Below the pieces are notes generated by a model. That model had not been told where the DNA came from. It did not search any database and saw only the letters and a program-made list of their open reading frames with translations. From an uncultured Gammaproteobacteria bacterium (GTDB lineage: Bacteria; Patescibacteriota; Patescibacteriia; UBA11705), in assembly GCA_964592195.1 (NCBI GenBank), contig CAZQEI010000002.1, positions 77,240-141,239 of the forward strand: 64,000 bases of DNA, given 5' to 3'. Shown here one piece after another: positions 39,010 through 48,426 of the stretch (position 1 is the stretch's first letter; each line of letters begins with the position of its first letter). Made by a program: the position numbers and the translations under genes.

Positions 39010-39055
39010 ATGATAGTTTATAAGTTAATAAGTGAGTAAGTTCTTAAGTAAAAAA

Positions 39056-39087
39056 GTCCCGCTGGGCGGGATCCCGCCTTGCGGGAC
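39056..39087. repeat. TCCCGC/GCGGGA double-hairpin element (copy 1 of 3)
   Basis: gtcccgctgggcgggatcccgccttgcgggac; related copies at 51335..51366 and 60040..60062. Confidence 0.75.
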
Positions 39088-39123
39088 AAAAAAACAAGAA
39101 AACAAAAAAACAAATTTATGAAT

Positions 39124-39163
39124 AGAGATTGCCACGTCCCGTTAGATCGGGACTCGCAAAATA
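39124..39163 (+). repeat. GAGATTGCCACG-hairpin-CTCGCAAAA element, copy B
   Basis: agagattgccacg-tcccgttagatcggga-ctcgcaaaat. Confidence 0.85.
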
Positions 39164-39286
39164 ATTATAATACTTTAGTTAATTATATAACATTTATGAG
39201 GATTTCCCAAATGTGGCGGGGTGGGACTTGATTTTTTTATGAATGGCTGTTATAGTATTAGCACTTAAATTCTAATCATAAATGAT

Positions 39287-39463
39287 ATGAGTCGAAAATG
39301 TGATATTTGCGGACGTGGTCCACAATCCTCCGTTTCGGTCAGCCATTCCAAAATTGCTACCAAACGCGTATTAAACATCAATCTTCACACTAAAAAAATC
39401 GATCAAAAGACTGTCAAAATGTGCAGTGTTTGTTTGAGAACTCGGAATAAAGCTAGTAAATAA
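39287..39463 (+). CDS. rpmB: 50S ribosomal protein L28
   Basis: 58-aa ORF below the ORF-track cutoff: MSRKCDICGRGPQSSVSVSHSKIATKRVLNINLHTKKI... matches the L28 N-terminal consensus (MSR.C...GK.P..GN.VSHA.N.TKR...PNL); C-terminal CSVC. Confidence 0.7.
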   Translation: MSRKCDICGRGPQSSVSVSHSKIATKRVLNINLHTKKIDQKTVKMCSVCLRTRNKASK

Positions 39464-39531
39464 GTTGTTACCGATATACCGATAGTTACTGATTTTACAG
39501 ATTATTACGGATTCATCACAAAAAAATAAAA

Positions 39532-39556
39532 CCCCGCTGGAAGGCGGAGTTTTTTG
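39532..39556 (+). terminator. probable rho-independent terminator after rpmB
   Basis: ccccgct-ggaa-ggcgg stem followed by agtttttt. Confidence 0.45.
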
Positions 39557-39626
39557 TTAACTTAATATTATGAGAGGTTAAATCTTTACATACCGACCAC
39601 TACGTTTACCTGTATTACAAAAATTA

Positions 39627-40115
39627 TTACATGGAGAAATGAAAAAGGTAATTATACATTAACCAAATACCCCAGGCAGACAAAAGCAGTGGCCCAAATA
39701 AAATTAAATTGAAAACATTTAATTCTGATTCTTTATACGATTTATAGAAATAATAAACAGTTACAAACAAGAAGACAAAAACACTTAACAAAATAGGTAA
39801 AATTGCAAATAATCCGGAGGGAAACATTAACATTATCCCAAGTAAAAATACTGGGACAAACAAACCCATTTTCCAGCGCCAGTGTTTATTTTTCTGAGAC
39901 CAATCCTTGTAACTGGCGGTTAATAATATTGGAACACCAAACAACGATAAAATCATTCCGCAAGCAGTAACGGGTAAAGCCCACGACCAATAATAATTTC
40001 CTGGACTCCAGAAGCCATGTTGCGTGGCAGGGAGAAAAATACTTATAAGAAAAATAGAGACTCCGATTAAAAGTGGAGAGAGAACGAGCAAGAGCAATTT
40101 ATTGTTTTGAGACAT
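39627..40115 (-). CDS. integral membrane protein
   Basis: 162 aa, four TM helices. Confidence 0.4.
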   Translation of the reverse strand: MSQNNKLLLLVLSPLLIGVSIFLISIFLPATQHGFWSPGNYYWSWALPVTACGMILSLFGVPILLTASYKDWSQKNKHWRWKMGLFVPVFLLGIMLMFPSGLFAILPILLSVFVFLFVTVYYFYKSYKESELNVFNLILFGPLLLSAWGIWLMYNYLFHFSM

Positions 40116-40120
40116 ATTTA

Positions 40121-40155
40121 AATTACGAATTTACGAATCTGTTACGAATGTGTAC
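40121..40155 (+). repeat. 35-nt direct repeat (left copy) flanking the NTase cassette
   Basis: attacgaatttacgaatctgttacgaatgtgtacg, identical at 41369..41403. Confidence 0.9.
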
Positions 40156-40164
40156 GAATTATCA

Positions 40165-40899
40165 TTATTGATTTAAATATTTTTTCAGTTCATCCACAAA
40201 CAAACTTTCATTATCGATAAAGTTTTCTTTTCTATATTTCAATGCAGTTTGAATTAAATGATCAGAAGATTCTCGCGCCGCGATTTGTTCAAAAGAATGG
40301 GTTGGCAACTCTCCTCTGTTTTCTTGTTGCATGGAAACCAACCAAAAAAATTCTTTAATTAATGTTTTAAAATCAATTTGTTTATTCTCCCATGCAGGAA
40401 TATAACCATTCAGAATAACTTTAATTTCATCTTGAATAGTTTGTTCCAAGTCTCGTTGAGGAAATTCAGCCGGATTCAAAGGCGTGCCATAAATTATTTG
40501 GCATTCATTTAACTTGGCTAACATACGGTCTGGTTTGGCACGCAAATCAGGTTGAATATCGGTAGGCGTAGCCAATTGATTATGTTCAAACTCCCATAAA
40601 GATAAAGGAATGGCCGCCACTGGTTCAATAGCTGAACCATTAAGCGCAAAGACAGCATCTTCATCTTCGTTATTTCTCACAATTGGAACCATATCCACAT
40701 CACTTCCCTCTTTCATTTCACGACGGACAAAACTGCCTTTGATATAAATAGCTATTAAATTTTCTTTCGGGACAGTGGCAATAATTAAATCACGAGCGTG
40801 TTTAACAGCTTCAATGGCTTTTGATTCGATTGGGGTAATATTTTCCCACGATTCCCAAAAGTTAAAATCCGGAATTTGAATTTGTTCAGATTGATTCAT
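40165..40899 (-). CDS. nucleotidyltransferase-domain protein (Pol-beta superfamily; ANT/Lnu-like architecture)
   Basis: 244 aa; IYIKGSFVRREMKEGSDVDMV = GS-x9-[DE]h[DE]h NTase signature, followed by a ~170-aa helical domain as in aminoglycoside/lincosamide nucleotidyltransferases. Confidence 0.55.
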   Translation of the reverse strand: MNQSEQIQIPDFNFWESWENITPIESKAIEAVKHARDLIIATVPKENLIAIYIKGSFVRREMKEGSDVDMVPIVRNNEDEDAVFALNGSAIEPVAAIPLSLWEFEHNQLATPTDIQPDLRAKPDRMLAKLNECQIIYGTPLNPAEFPQRDLEQTIQDEIKVILNGYIPAWENKQIDFKTLIKEFFWLVSMQQENRGELPTHSFEQIAARESSDHLIQTALKYRKENFIDNESLFVDELKKYLNQ

Positions 40900-40940
40900 A
40901 TAAAAATTATTTTAGACAAGTGGCAGCAATATTATAGTTA

Positions 40941-40984
40941 AGAGATTGCCACGGCCCCCGCCAGCGGGGTCCTCGCAAAAGAGT
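40941..40984 (+). repeat. GAGATTGCCACG-hairpin-CTCGCAAAAGAG element, copy C
   Basis: agagattgccacg-gcccccgccagcggggtc-ctcgcaaaagag; stem changed to ccccg/cgggg. Confidence 0.85.
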
Positions 40985-40990
40985 GTATTA

Positions 40991-41365
40991 TTATTTACAA
41001 CGTTCAACCAAGCGCAGAGATTGTTCGGTGGTCATTAGAGGGGTGATTATTTTTTCCAATTCAATTCGTTTATCGTCCGGCAAATTTGCAAGTTTACCAG
41101 TGATAGCCGTCATCACACGTTCAACGATAAAATTGATAGTATTGCGCGTGATAGATTCTTTATCGCGAATTGGTTCATCATTAATCTTAATCTCTGGTAA
41201 TACAGCGATTGAATCAGCCCAATCATCGAGTTGTTGACGATAAGGTTGACGAATTTTGTCGTATTCAATATCAAAAATAAACAACGCCCCGAAAATAACA
41301 TTCATCGTTTCTCGTTCACGACGACGTTGTTCGAGCAATTGTTGGCGGATTGGATCTTCATTCAT
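40991..41365 (-). CDS. hypothetical protein (second gene of the NTase cassette)
   Basis: 124 aa helical ORF; ATG sits just inside the right direct repeat. Confidence 0.35.
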   Translation of the reverse strand: MNEDPIRQQLLEQRRRERETMNVIFGALFIFDIEYDKIRQPYRQQLDDWADSIAVLPEIKINDEPIRDKESITRNTINFIVERVMTAITGKLANLPDDKRIELEKIITPLMTTEQSLRLVERCK

Positions 41366-41368
41366 ATA

Positions 41369-41403
41369 ATTACGAATTTACGAATCTGTTACGAATGTGT
41401 ACG
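41369..41403 (+). repeat. 35-nt direct repeat (right copy) flanking the NTase cassette
   Basis: Identical to 40121..40155. Confidence 0.9.
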
Positions 41404-41463
41404 CCATATCATTCGATATGGCTGTCATGTCGAATGACATGACGAATTATTAATGTGGAATAA

Positions 41464-42264
41464 TTATTTATTAACAATGGTTTGTCGTTTATTTTTAATG
41501 TGATGATAAACAAACCAAGTGCCGGCGATCAACAATAGGACGGCAACGGTGATGGTGAAATATTCGGTATAATGACGAACCGTGGCCCAATTTTTTCCAA
41601 GGATCCAACCAAGGTAAGTTAAAAACGAATTCCACAGAGTTGCGCCAATTAAAGTATAAACAATAAATTTACTTAACTTCATTTTCCCCATACCAGCAGG
41701 CAAAGAAATCAAATGACGAACAATAGGGATGAAACGGCTTATAAAAATAGTTCGCTCCCCTCTTCGAGCAAACCAATGTTCAGTTTTTTGTAAATCTGTG
41801 GCATCCAACAAAAAGTATTTCCCAAATTTATTTACAAAGCGATGGCCGCCGTAATAACCAATATAATAGGAAAATAAGGAACCGATAATGCTTCCTATTG
41901 AGCTAAATAATATTACCAGCCAAACATTTAAGTTACCCTGAACAGCAAGAAATCCGGCGAAGGGCATGACTAATTCTGACGGCACAGGAAAGATCATGCT
42001 TTCCATTATCATTAACAATAAAACTCCTGGGTAACCAAGGTATTCAATAATGCTTGAGATTAATTGACCGGCGTGAGTAAGAGATTGGATAAGGAGGGAA
42101 AGCCAGTTGGGGGGTAAGAAATAAAAAAAGAAAACAAGAAAGCAAAAAAGCAAGGCAACACCTGTAAGAGGAACTGATTTTCGCGTAGGACGAGGCCAAA
42201 CGCGCCATGGACCACTAGGTCGTTGGCGAAAAAAAGAAATAAATGAGTTTAGATGTTTTTTCAT
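41464..42264 (-). CDS. DedA/SNARE-associated family membrane protein
   Basis: 266 aa; LLLMIMESMIFPVPSELVMPFAGF matches the DedA core motif. Confidence 0.6.
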   Translation of the reverse strand: MKKHLNSFISFFRQRPSGPWRVWPRPTRKSVPLTGVALLFCFLVFFFYFLPPNWLSLLIQSLTHAGQLISSIIEYLGYPGVLLLMIMESMIFPVPSELVMPFAGFLAVQGNLNVWLVILFSSIGSIIGSLFSYYIGYYGGHRFVNKFGKYFLLDATDLQKTEHWFARRGERTIFISRFIPIVRHLISLPAGMGKMKLSKFIVYTLIGATLWNSFLTYLGWILGKNWATVRHYTEYFTITVAVLLLIAGTWFVYHHIKNKRQTIVNK

Positions 42265-42330
42265 TTGATTAATATGTTTAAGTGACTAGTGAATAGTGAC
42301 TAGTGACCAGGAACTAGTACATGGAATTTA

Positions 42331-42834
42331 TTATTTAATTAAATCGGCAACGAAATATTTGGTTAGTAAATTCCAGGCGAAGTTGGAGTGGATGGCGGCA
42401 AAGACGGCGGAACTTTCTCCTCCGCAATAATCATAAATTTTTTGCTTTCCACCCGGATGGTTACCAATATAGGTTGTCACATTATAAACTTTGCTGTTTA
42501 CAATTAAATAACAATCATTGGGTGAATTGTGCGCTGAAACTTGCGCTGCAGTTAATCCCGCGGCTGGTGCTGGTGTATTTACGACTGGATTAGGTTTATT
42601 AACTGGAGTATTTACAACTGGCGCTGGTTTATTAGTTGGAGTATTAACTGCAGCGACTGGTTTATTGACCGGCGAGTTAACTGGCTTAGTTGGTTGATTG
42701 ACGACTGAATTATTCACTGGTGGATTATTAAGTGAGATTGACGTTGGATTCAAGTTAACGCCAAAACCCACACCGATCAAACCAGCAACAATGACTAAAA
42801 AGATAACTAACACGAGCCAAGTAATTTTTTTCAT
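42331..42834 (-). CDS. secreted or membrane-anchored cytochrome b5-like heme-binding protein with Pro-rich linker
   Basis: 167 aa; N-terminal TM/signal; PVNKP/NTP repeats; C-terminal YNVTTYIGNHPGGKQKIYDYCGGESSAVFAAIH matches the cyt b5 HPGG heme-binding motif. Confidence 0.5.
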   Translation of the reverse strand: MKKITWLVLVIFLVIVAGLIGVGFGVNLNPTSISLNNPPVNNSVVNQPTKPVNSPVNKPVAAVNTPTNKPAPVVNTPVNKPNPVVNTPAPAAGLTAAQVSAHNSPNDCYLIVNSKVYNVTTYIGNHPGGKQKIYDYCGGESSAVFAAIHSNFAWNLLTKYFVADLIK

Positions 42835-44690
42835 ATTAATTCTTGTTGTATAGCTACTAATTTATTATAATATTTTTTTATTCTATTATATTTCTCAAAA
42901 ATATTCCCTGTTTCCGTACTTATAGGATCATCAGATCTGATAAGGTCATTTCTACCATTTAATGCCAATTCATATTTAAGACCAAGAGCTTTTCCATACA
43001 AATCATCATACTGCTCATTTACTCTGGCGGCCTTAACGCACACTTTTTTTATTATCTCCAATCGTTTATCTATCGGTAAAGTATAAAAATCCTCATGACG
43101 ACAATAAACTTTTAATAATTTAGTAAAGTCATCTTCAGTTATTTTATGCCCAAGAGAAAGGTGTAAATAACCATCCTGCATTTCTTGCATTTGCTGTATG
43201 GTTGACACCCAATTTCTTAATTGAGCAGATATCTCTGAAAAATTGTCCGAGAAATCCAATGGTAAAATTAGGTTTTTAATTATAATCGGAGAAAATCTTC
43301 GATTAACTACTTCTTGAATTTTAGCAAAAACCTCTTTGTCTATTTCTATCGGCAAGATTTTTATTTTTTCTCTATCCTCCACTCTCGACGCATGAACAAA
43401 AGATTGATTATCTTCAAAGCCCAATTGAACTAACCCATCAAAAATCGCCTGCAATTCATCCAATATCACAATAATCGGTTCCATTCTCAAATAATTACTA
43501 CTTAAACTTCTTTCTAAATATGCTTCAAGCTCCACAACCTGAAAGGGCGATACATAATCCTCCGCTTTTTGATGTACTATTTCCGGGTTTCTAATTAATG
43601 ACAACAAAACAGATACCGGAATTACTTTTGTATTCTTAAATAACCACCACCACTCAAAATCTTCAGAAAAAATCCGGTTTTCATCAAACTCTTCTTTCGA
43701 TGTATCAATTAACTTTAATCGGTCAGATAAATCAGCCAAATTTTCACTCACAGAAATAATCGGCCACAAGGTTTTGGCAGGAACATCAAAATATTTCAGT
43801 CTCAATAGCTCATTCATCACTTGTCGCCAGTCAGGACTATAATGCTCCCGAAAAATTTTATCTGGATCAAACATTTTATCGCTAAAAATCCCTCCCGGAT
43901 TAAGGCAATATTCCCCATGCTTGGCATATGCCGCTAACTCATCCAAGGCTCTCCAGTCGCGCATTTTCCGACCAACCACATAACGTGAGTAAAACAAATG
44001 TTGAAGTTCATGATCAACCACGTCTTGACCAACGCCAGCTTTAATAAACCCAAGCTTCCGATTAAAAACAAATAATCGCTTATCCCAACCTTCGTGCATT
44101 ACCATTACAGGTGTTTTATGTGCCAAACCTACAGTAGTTGAATTGGCAATTTCATCATACGGAGATAAAGTTTGATAATCTTCATCTCGCAAACATTCCA
44201 CAATTACAAAAGGTGGTCGATCAGCATGAAAAATATAATCCTTGGGGTCTTTGCTAATTACCGGCAAAAATCTTAAAAAACTCTTTTGCAAAATATCGTC
44301 GTCTTTTAATAATTTCCACGGCTCCGGCGATTGATCAACCACATAATCTCCAGTAGCTGAAGCGCGCATAAATTCTTCACTGGATGTATACAAAACTCTA
44401 ATGGCTTCAATTTCATCACCAACATCTGAGATCCAATCATTCACTCCCGCCTCTATCCAACTCTTTTGCATCTCACTCGCCTTGGCTCCCAATTTTCGAG
44501 CCTCAGTTAAAATTCTTGCAACTATTTCCGGCTGTCCCAAATTAGGATTTTCCCATAAAACTTTTTCCGCCACTTCCAAAAGCACCTCCATAGTTTGGCG
44601 ATGATATTCTTTTTTTATTTCCGGTTGACTCTTTTCCCTAGCAATCTGAGCCGGATCTTTTTCTTTAATTAATGGTCGTAACTCAAACAT
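42831..44690 (-). CDS. HExxH-motif protein (putative gluzincin-like metallopeptidase), paralog 2
   Basis: 619 aa; VDHELQHLFYSRY...DELAAYA; collinear similarity to 44697..46589 throughout; 4-nt overlap with the downstream gene. Confidence 0.5.
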   Translation of the reverse strand: MFELRPLIKEKDPAQIAREKSQPEIKKEYHRQTMEVLLEVAEKVLWENPNLGQPEIVARILTEARKLGAKASEMQKSWIEAGVNDWISDVGDEIEAIRVLYTSSEEFMRASATGDYVVDQSPEPWKLLKDDDILQKSFLRFLPVISKDPKDYIFHADRPPFVIVECLRDEDYQTLSPYDEIANSTTVGLAHKTPVMVMHEGWDKRLFVFNRKLGFIKAGVGQDVVDHELQHLFYSRYVVGRKMRDWRALDELAAYAKHGEYCLNPGGIFSDKMFDPDKIFREHYSPDWRQVMNELLRLKYFDVPAKTLWPIISVSENLADLSDRLKLIDTSKEEFDENRIFSEDFEWWWLFKNTKVIPVSVLLSLIRNPEIVHQKAEDYVSPFQVVELEAYLERSLSSNYLRMEPIIVILDELQAIFDGLVQLGFEDNQSFVHASRVEDREKIKILPIEIDKEVFAKIQEVVNRRFSPIIIKNLILPLDFSDNFSEISAQLRNWVSTIQQMQEMQDGYLHLSLGHKITEDDFTKLLKVYCRHEDFYTLPIDKRLEIIKKVCVKAARVNEQYDDLYGKALGLKYELALNGRNDLIRSDDPISTETGNIFEKYNRIKKYYNKLVAIQQELI

Positions 44691-44696
44691 ATTAAA

Positions 44697-46589
44697 TCAT
44701 TCTTTTGCATTTACAAGTGCCTCTTTCATTTTATCGCGAAGAGCCACGAGCATTTCAATACTCTTATAAATATTTATATTTAAATACTTTGAAAGCTGTA
44801 AATCACCCTGATCCCAAGGTTTCCCCAAAGATACCAGCTCAGATTGCACCGTACCAAGTTCGCTCAATAAATCCTTTCGCTCATCCATCATTTTCAAAGT
44901 TTTTTCAGTAAGCTCTTTTACAATGGAAGCCCTTTTCTCTAATGTCAAATTTACGAAATCATCACCGCCGCAATATGTTTTCAACAAAGCATTAAGATAC
45001 TCAAGCTCAATATCTTGATTGTCACGTAACCAAGTGAATTTATTTTCCATACTGTCTATCGCCTTCAATTGCGATTCCAAGGATCGCAAGAAAAGAACCA
45101 CAGAATGGAAATCTCCGGAAAAATTTTTCTCTATGTCTAACGATCCCAAAGCACCACAACTAAAATTTTGATTTACCATTTTTTGCAATTTTTCAATAAT
45201 ATCAGGATAAATATTAATAAAAAAACCACCAGTCTTAGCTTTTAAACTCAAATCATTTTCATCTTTATATCCAAGTTCCGTCAAACCCTGAAAAACACCC
45301 TGTAAATCGCTAAGCATCAAGATAATAGGATCTAAATAACGATTGGCACTCTTTAAACATTTCTCCAAGTACGGATTTAATTCATTGGATTGGAAGTAAG
45401 TCATAGCGGCTGAGGCGGCAAAACCCAAACTAGCTGGTGTCGCTTTTTTCTTCACATCCGGTGAAAGCTCGGCATGATGTTTAAAAAACCAAGGCCAATC
45501 AATATCCCCTTTTTTTATCCGACTAGAATCAAAATTATCTGGATCAACCTTTACTTTCTGTAAACGAAATTTTAAATCCGCCAAATTTAAGCTGGTTGAA
45601 ATTATTGGCCAAAGAGACTTCGCTGGGACTTCATGATATTGCAATCGCAACAATTCATCTCGAACCTCTCTCCAATATTCATCATATCGATGCTTAAATA
45701 TCGCCTCGTCATCAAGACGGACATTACTAAAAACGCTATCTGGTTTTATACAATACTCACCCCCTTTAGCATACGCCGCTAATTCATCAATAGCACGAAC
45801 ATGAAAATATTTACGAGGTGCAACATATCGATTATAAAAAAGATGTTGCAATTCGTGATCACGCACCGATCTATCAACCCCACCCCGAATAACACCAATT
45901 TTACCAACAAAGGCTTCCAATCTAGGATCCAAGGGTTGATCCATATTAACAGGACGCAATTTTTGAGAATTGATAAACGCTAAACCATTGCTACTATGAC
46001 GACTTGAGGCAGATTCATCATAGGGAGACAACGCTTGATAATCTTTTATATTAAAGCATTCAATAATAATAAAAGGTGGACGATTCACATGAAAACGAAA
46101 ATCCCGACGATTACTACTTTCCACAGGTAATAAGGCCAATAAACTTTCTTTTAAATCTCGATCATCTTCTAATAACTTCCAAGGCGAATCATTATTATCT
46201 AGCGCTTTAACTCTAGAAGGACGAGAACTATTCTCATATAAAGCACGGATGGCATCAATCTCTTTCCCTATATCTAAAGTCCATTCATCCACCGATTCTT
46301 CCACCCACCGACGTTGAGTCTCACTAGCGTGAGCGCCAAATTCCCTAGCAGAGGATAAAATTTTATCCACTAATTCTGGACGACCAAGATTGGGGTTTTT
46401 CCACAATACTTTTTCAGCTTCACGCAAAATAATTTCCATTGCCTGAATATGGTATTCTCGTTTAATGCCTATGTCATTCTTTTGTCTAGCCACCAGCTCT
46501 GCGCTTTTATTTGGTTGTATTAATGGGTGTAAGGTTTCAAACATATTAAAAATTAAATTCTTCTGAATGAATATTCTTGCGATTGACAC
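44697..46589 (-). CDS. HExxH-motif protein (putative gluzincin-like metallopeptidase), paralog 1
   Basis: 630 aa; RDHELQHLFYNRY...DELAAYA; shared blocks EAEKVLW.NPNLG.PE, RPPF[VI]I[VI]EC, YAK.GEYC. Confidence 0.5.
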   Translation of the reverse strand: MSIARIFIQKNLIFNMFETLHPLIQPNKSAELVARQKNDIGIKREYHIQAMEIILREAEKVLWKNPNLGRPELVDKILSSAREFGAHASETQRRWVEESVDEWTLDIGKEIDAIRALYENSSRPSRVKALDNNDSPWKLLEDDRDLKESLLALLPVESSNRRDFRFHVNRPPFIIIECFNIKDYQALSPYDESASSRHSSNGLAFINSQKLRPVNMDQPLDPRLEAFVGKIGVIRGGVDRSVRDHELQHLFYNRYVAPRKYFHVRAIDELAAYAKGGEYCIKPDSVFSNVRLDDEAIFKHRYDEYWREVRDELLRLQYHEVPAKSLWPIISTSLNLADLKFRLQKVKVDPDNFDSSRIKKGDIDWPWFFKHHAELSPDVKKKATPASLGFAASAAMTYFQSNELNPYLEKCLKSANRYLDPIILMLSDLQGVFQGLTELGYKDENDLSLKAKTGGFFINIYPDIIEKLQKMVNQNFSCGALGSLDIEKNFSGDFHSVVLFLRSLESQLKAIDSMENKFTWLRDNQDIELEYLNALLKTYCGGDDFVNLTLEKRASIVKELTEKTLKMMDERKDLLSELGTVQSELVSLGKPWDQGDLQLSKYLNINIYKSIEMLVALRDKMKEALVNAKE

Positions 46590-47826
46590 CGAGAGTAATT
46601 AATTCCTTGGTCAAGCTGGTAATCATTCTCGGCGGGGCACAGATATAAATTTGTTTTTTGATAATCGGTTCAGAAATTTTTGCAATCACTTCCGCTTCTA
46701 AACGACAATTTTGGTCAGAGTAGAAAGTCATCATCCGAACTCCCGGAGCAAAGGACTCCAACAATTCCCGATAAACTAATTGGGTTTTATTTTTGGCGCT
46801 ATAATACAAATCAATATCACCGGCTTTGGGTTTCAAAGCTTTGAGACGACTAACAAAGGGAGTAATTCCAATACCGCCAGCTATCCAAATTTGATTATGA
46901 ACATCATCATTATTTGGAAAAAATTGACCAAATTGACCGTCAACCGTCACCATTGAACCGATTAATTCATTATCAATTTTACCAGTATAATCTCCCAAGT
47001 TTTTTATTGTTAATGTTAAAAACTTTTCATTGGGACTGGAAGAAATAGAAAAGGGATGACTTTCACGACTGATTTTTTTATTTTTAATTTTAATAAACAC
47101 ATATTGACCGGCTTGAAAATTCATAGCATCTCCTACGGGTAACATTTTCACCTCAACAATATTATCAACCAACTTCACCACTTCATCAATCTTGTAAATA
47201 AATTTCTTTCTAAATGGATTATTTAACAATGTGTGATAAATAAATAATATTAAAGCTACAAAAATAATAGTTAAAATGTAAACACGCAGGGGCCAGAAAC
47301 GAGAAACATCGCTGGCAATTAACCAAATATGCAAACCAGCCAAGAAGAATGCCAAACCCATAAACTTGTGCGTCCATTTCCACCAATGGTAACGAGGTTT
47401 CAAATACAAGGTTAAAACAATTAAAATGATCAATAAGGTTAGAGCGAAGATGCCCCAATTAATTGACCAGACATCACCCGGCAATAAAAAGCCAGCCACG
47501 GCGGAGAGAACATTCCCGGTGTATTTTGGGATTAATAATAACGGATGGCACAATAAAAGAATGAAACCGACTTGACCTAGATTGTTATGTTGTGCGTAAA
47601 CACGATTTAAACCGGCGTAAAGTTTATCAAATATTTTTAATCGCGCGCTTAAAATCAAACTTAACGCAAATAAAACTGTACCGACCAAACCGCAGATTTG
47701 TCCGAAGTTGGCCAGAGTGGTAGTTAAATTACTAAAGCGAGCAACCGGAGCTGGGGCAAAGAACCACAAAATAACTGGAATAATTAACAATATAAGTATG
47801 GTAAGGTTAATTTTATTTTTGTTCAT
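46546..47826 (-). CDS. NOX/ferric-reductase-family flavocytochrome (bis-heme TM domain + FAD/NAD(P)-binding domain)
   Basis: 426 aa; His pairs AQH...CHP and WTH...GLH 13-14 residues apart in TM helices; HPFSISS FAD motif; GGIGITP NAD(P)H motif; C-terminal CAPPRM; overlaps the next gene by 44 nt. Confidence 0.6.
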   Translation of the reverse strand: MNKNKINLTILILLIIPVILWFFAPAPVARFSNLTTTLANFGQICGLVGTVLFALSLILSARLKIFDKLYAGLNRVYAQHNNLGQVGFILLLCHPLLLIPKYTGNVLSAVAGFLLPGDVWSINWGIFALTLLIILIVLTLYLKPRYHWWKWTHKFMGLAFFLAGLHIWLIASDVSRFWPLRVYILTIIFVALILFIYHTLLNNPFRKKFIYKIDEVVKLVDNIVEVKMLPVGDAMNFQAGQYVFIKIKNKKISRESHPFSISSSPNEKFLTLTIKNLGDYTGKIDNELIGSMVTVDGQFGQFFPNNDDVHNQIWIAGGIGITPFVSRLKALKPKAGDIDLYYSAKNKTQLVYRELLESFAPGVRMMTFYSDQNCRLEAEVIAKISEPIIKKQIYICAPPRMITSLTKELITLGVNRKNIHSEEFNF

Positions 47827-47846
47827 AATTGAAAAAGGTAAGCTTT

Positions 47847-47893
47847 AGAGATTGCTTCGTCACCCCGCTAAGCGTGGTTCCTCGCAAATGAGG
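47847..47893 (+). repeat. GAGATTGC-hairpin-CTCGCAAATGAG element, copy D (divergent)
   Basis: agagattgcttcgtcaccccgctaagcgtggttcctcgcaaatgagg; 20 nt upstream of the NOX-like gene start. Confidence 0.7.
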
Positions 47894-48006
47894 GAATGTT
47901 ATCCTATTAATATACAATTTACTGATGATGAATATTTCCCCGGGATCAAATTCAGGGTATTGACAGCATCGCTGTCAACTACGGGATGGGTGGGGTGGGA
48001 AATATG

Positions 48007-48354
48007 TTAAATTAATTTTATTTTGATACCTAAAACTCCGTATTTTTGTTCTTCTTCTGTGGAATAGAATTGGTGCAATAAATCAAGTAAAGCCTGTTTG
48101 TCGTTGTTTTCAGCACCAAAAGTGGACAAGGGGAAATCCGCAATCAAATCATTAAAATTCTGATAGCGCAAAAGTCCAGTGACTTCGACGGATAATTTTT
48201 CCGTTAACTCAGGCATACAGGTAAACTCAATAGTATCGCCAAGGTTAATTAACTGACGTTTTTCATCGAATAAACGGAGTTCGATGGTTTTCGTGCCTCT
48301 TTTGATCGCGATGAATGGGGCGGATTGTAGTTTCATTTCATGATGCATAGACAT
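48007..48354 (-). CDS. ASCH-domain protein
   Basis: 115 aa; FIAIKRGTKTIELRLFDEKRQLINLGDTIEF matches the ASCH beta-barrel consensus. Confidence 0.5.
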   Translation of the reverse strand: MSMHHEMKLQSAPFIAIKRGTKTIELRLFDEKRQLINLGDTIEFTCMPELTEKLSVEVTGLLRYQNFNDLIADFPLSTFGAENNDKQALLDLLHQFYSTEEEQKYGVLGIKIKLI

Positions 48355-48393
48355 TGACCCAGCTGCTCGCGAGCGGTTGGGTTGACCAACGAT

Positions 48394-48426
48394 AAAATAT
48401 TGCGCATTACTGCGGTAAATGTTATT
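48394..48426 (+). repeat. 33-nt direct repeat (left copy)
   Basis: aaaatattgcgcattactgcggtaaatgttat; identical copy at 49061..49093. Confidence 0.9.
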
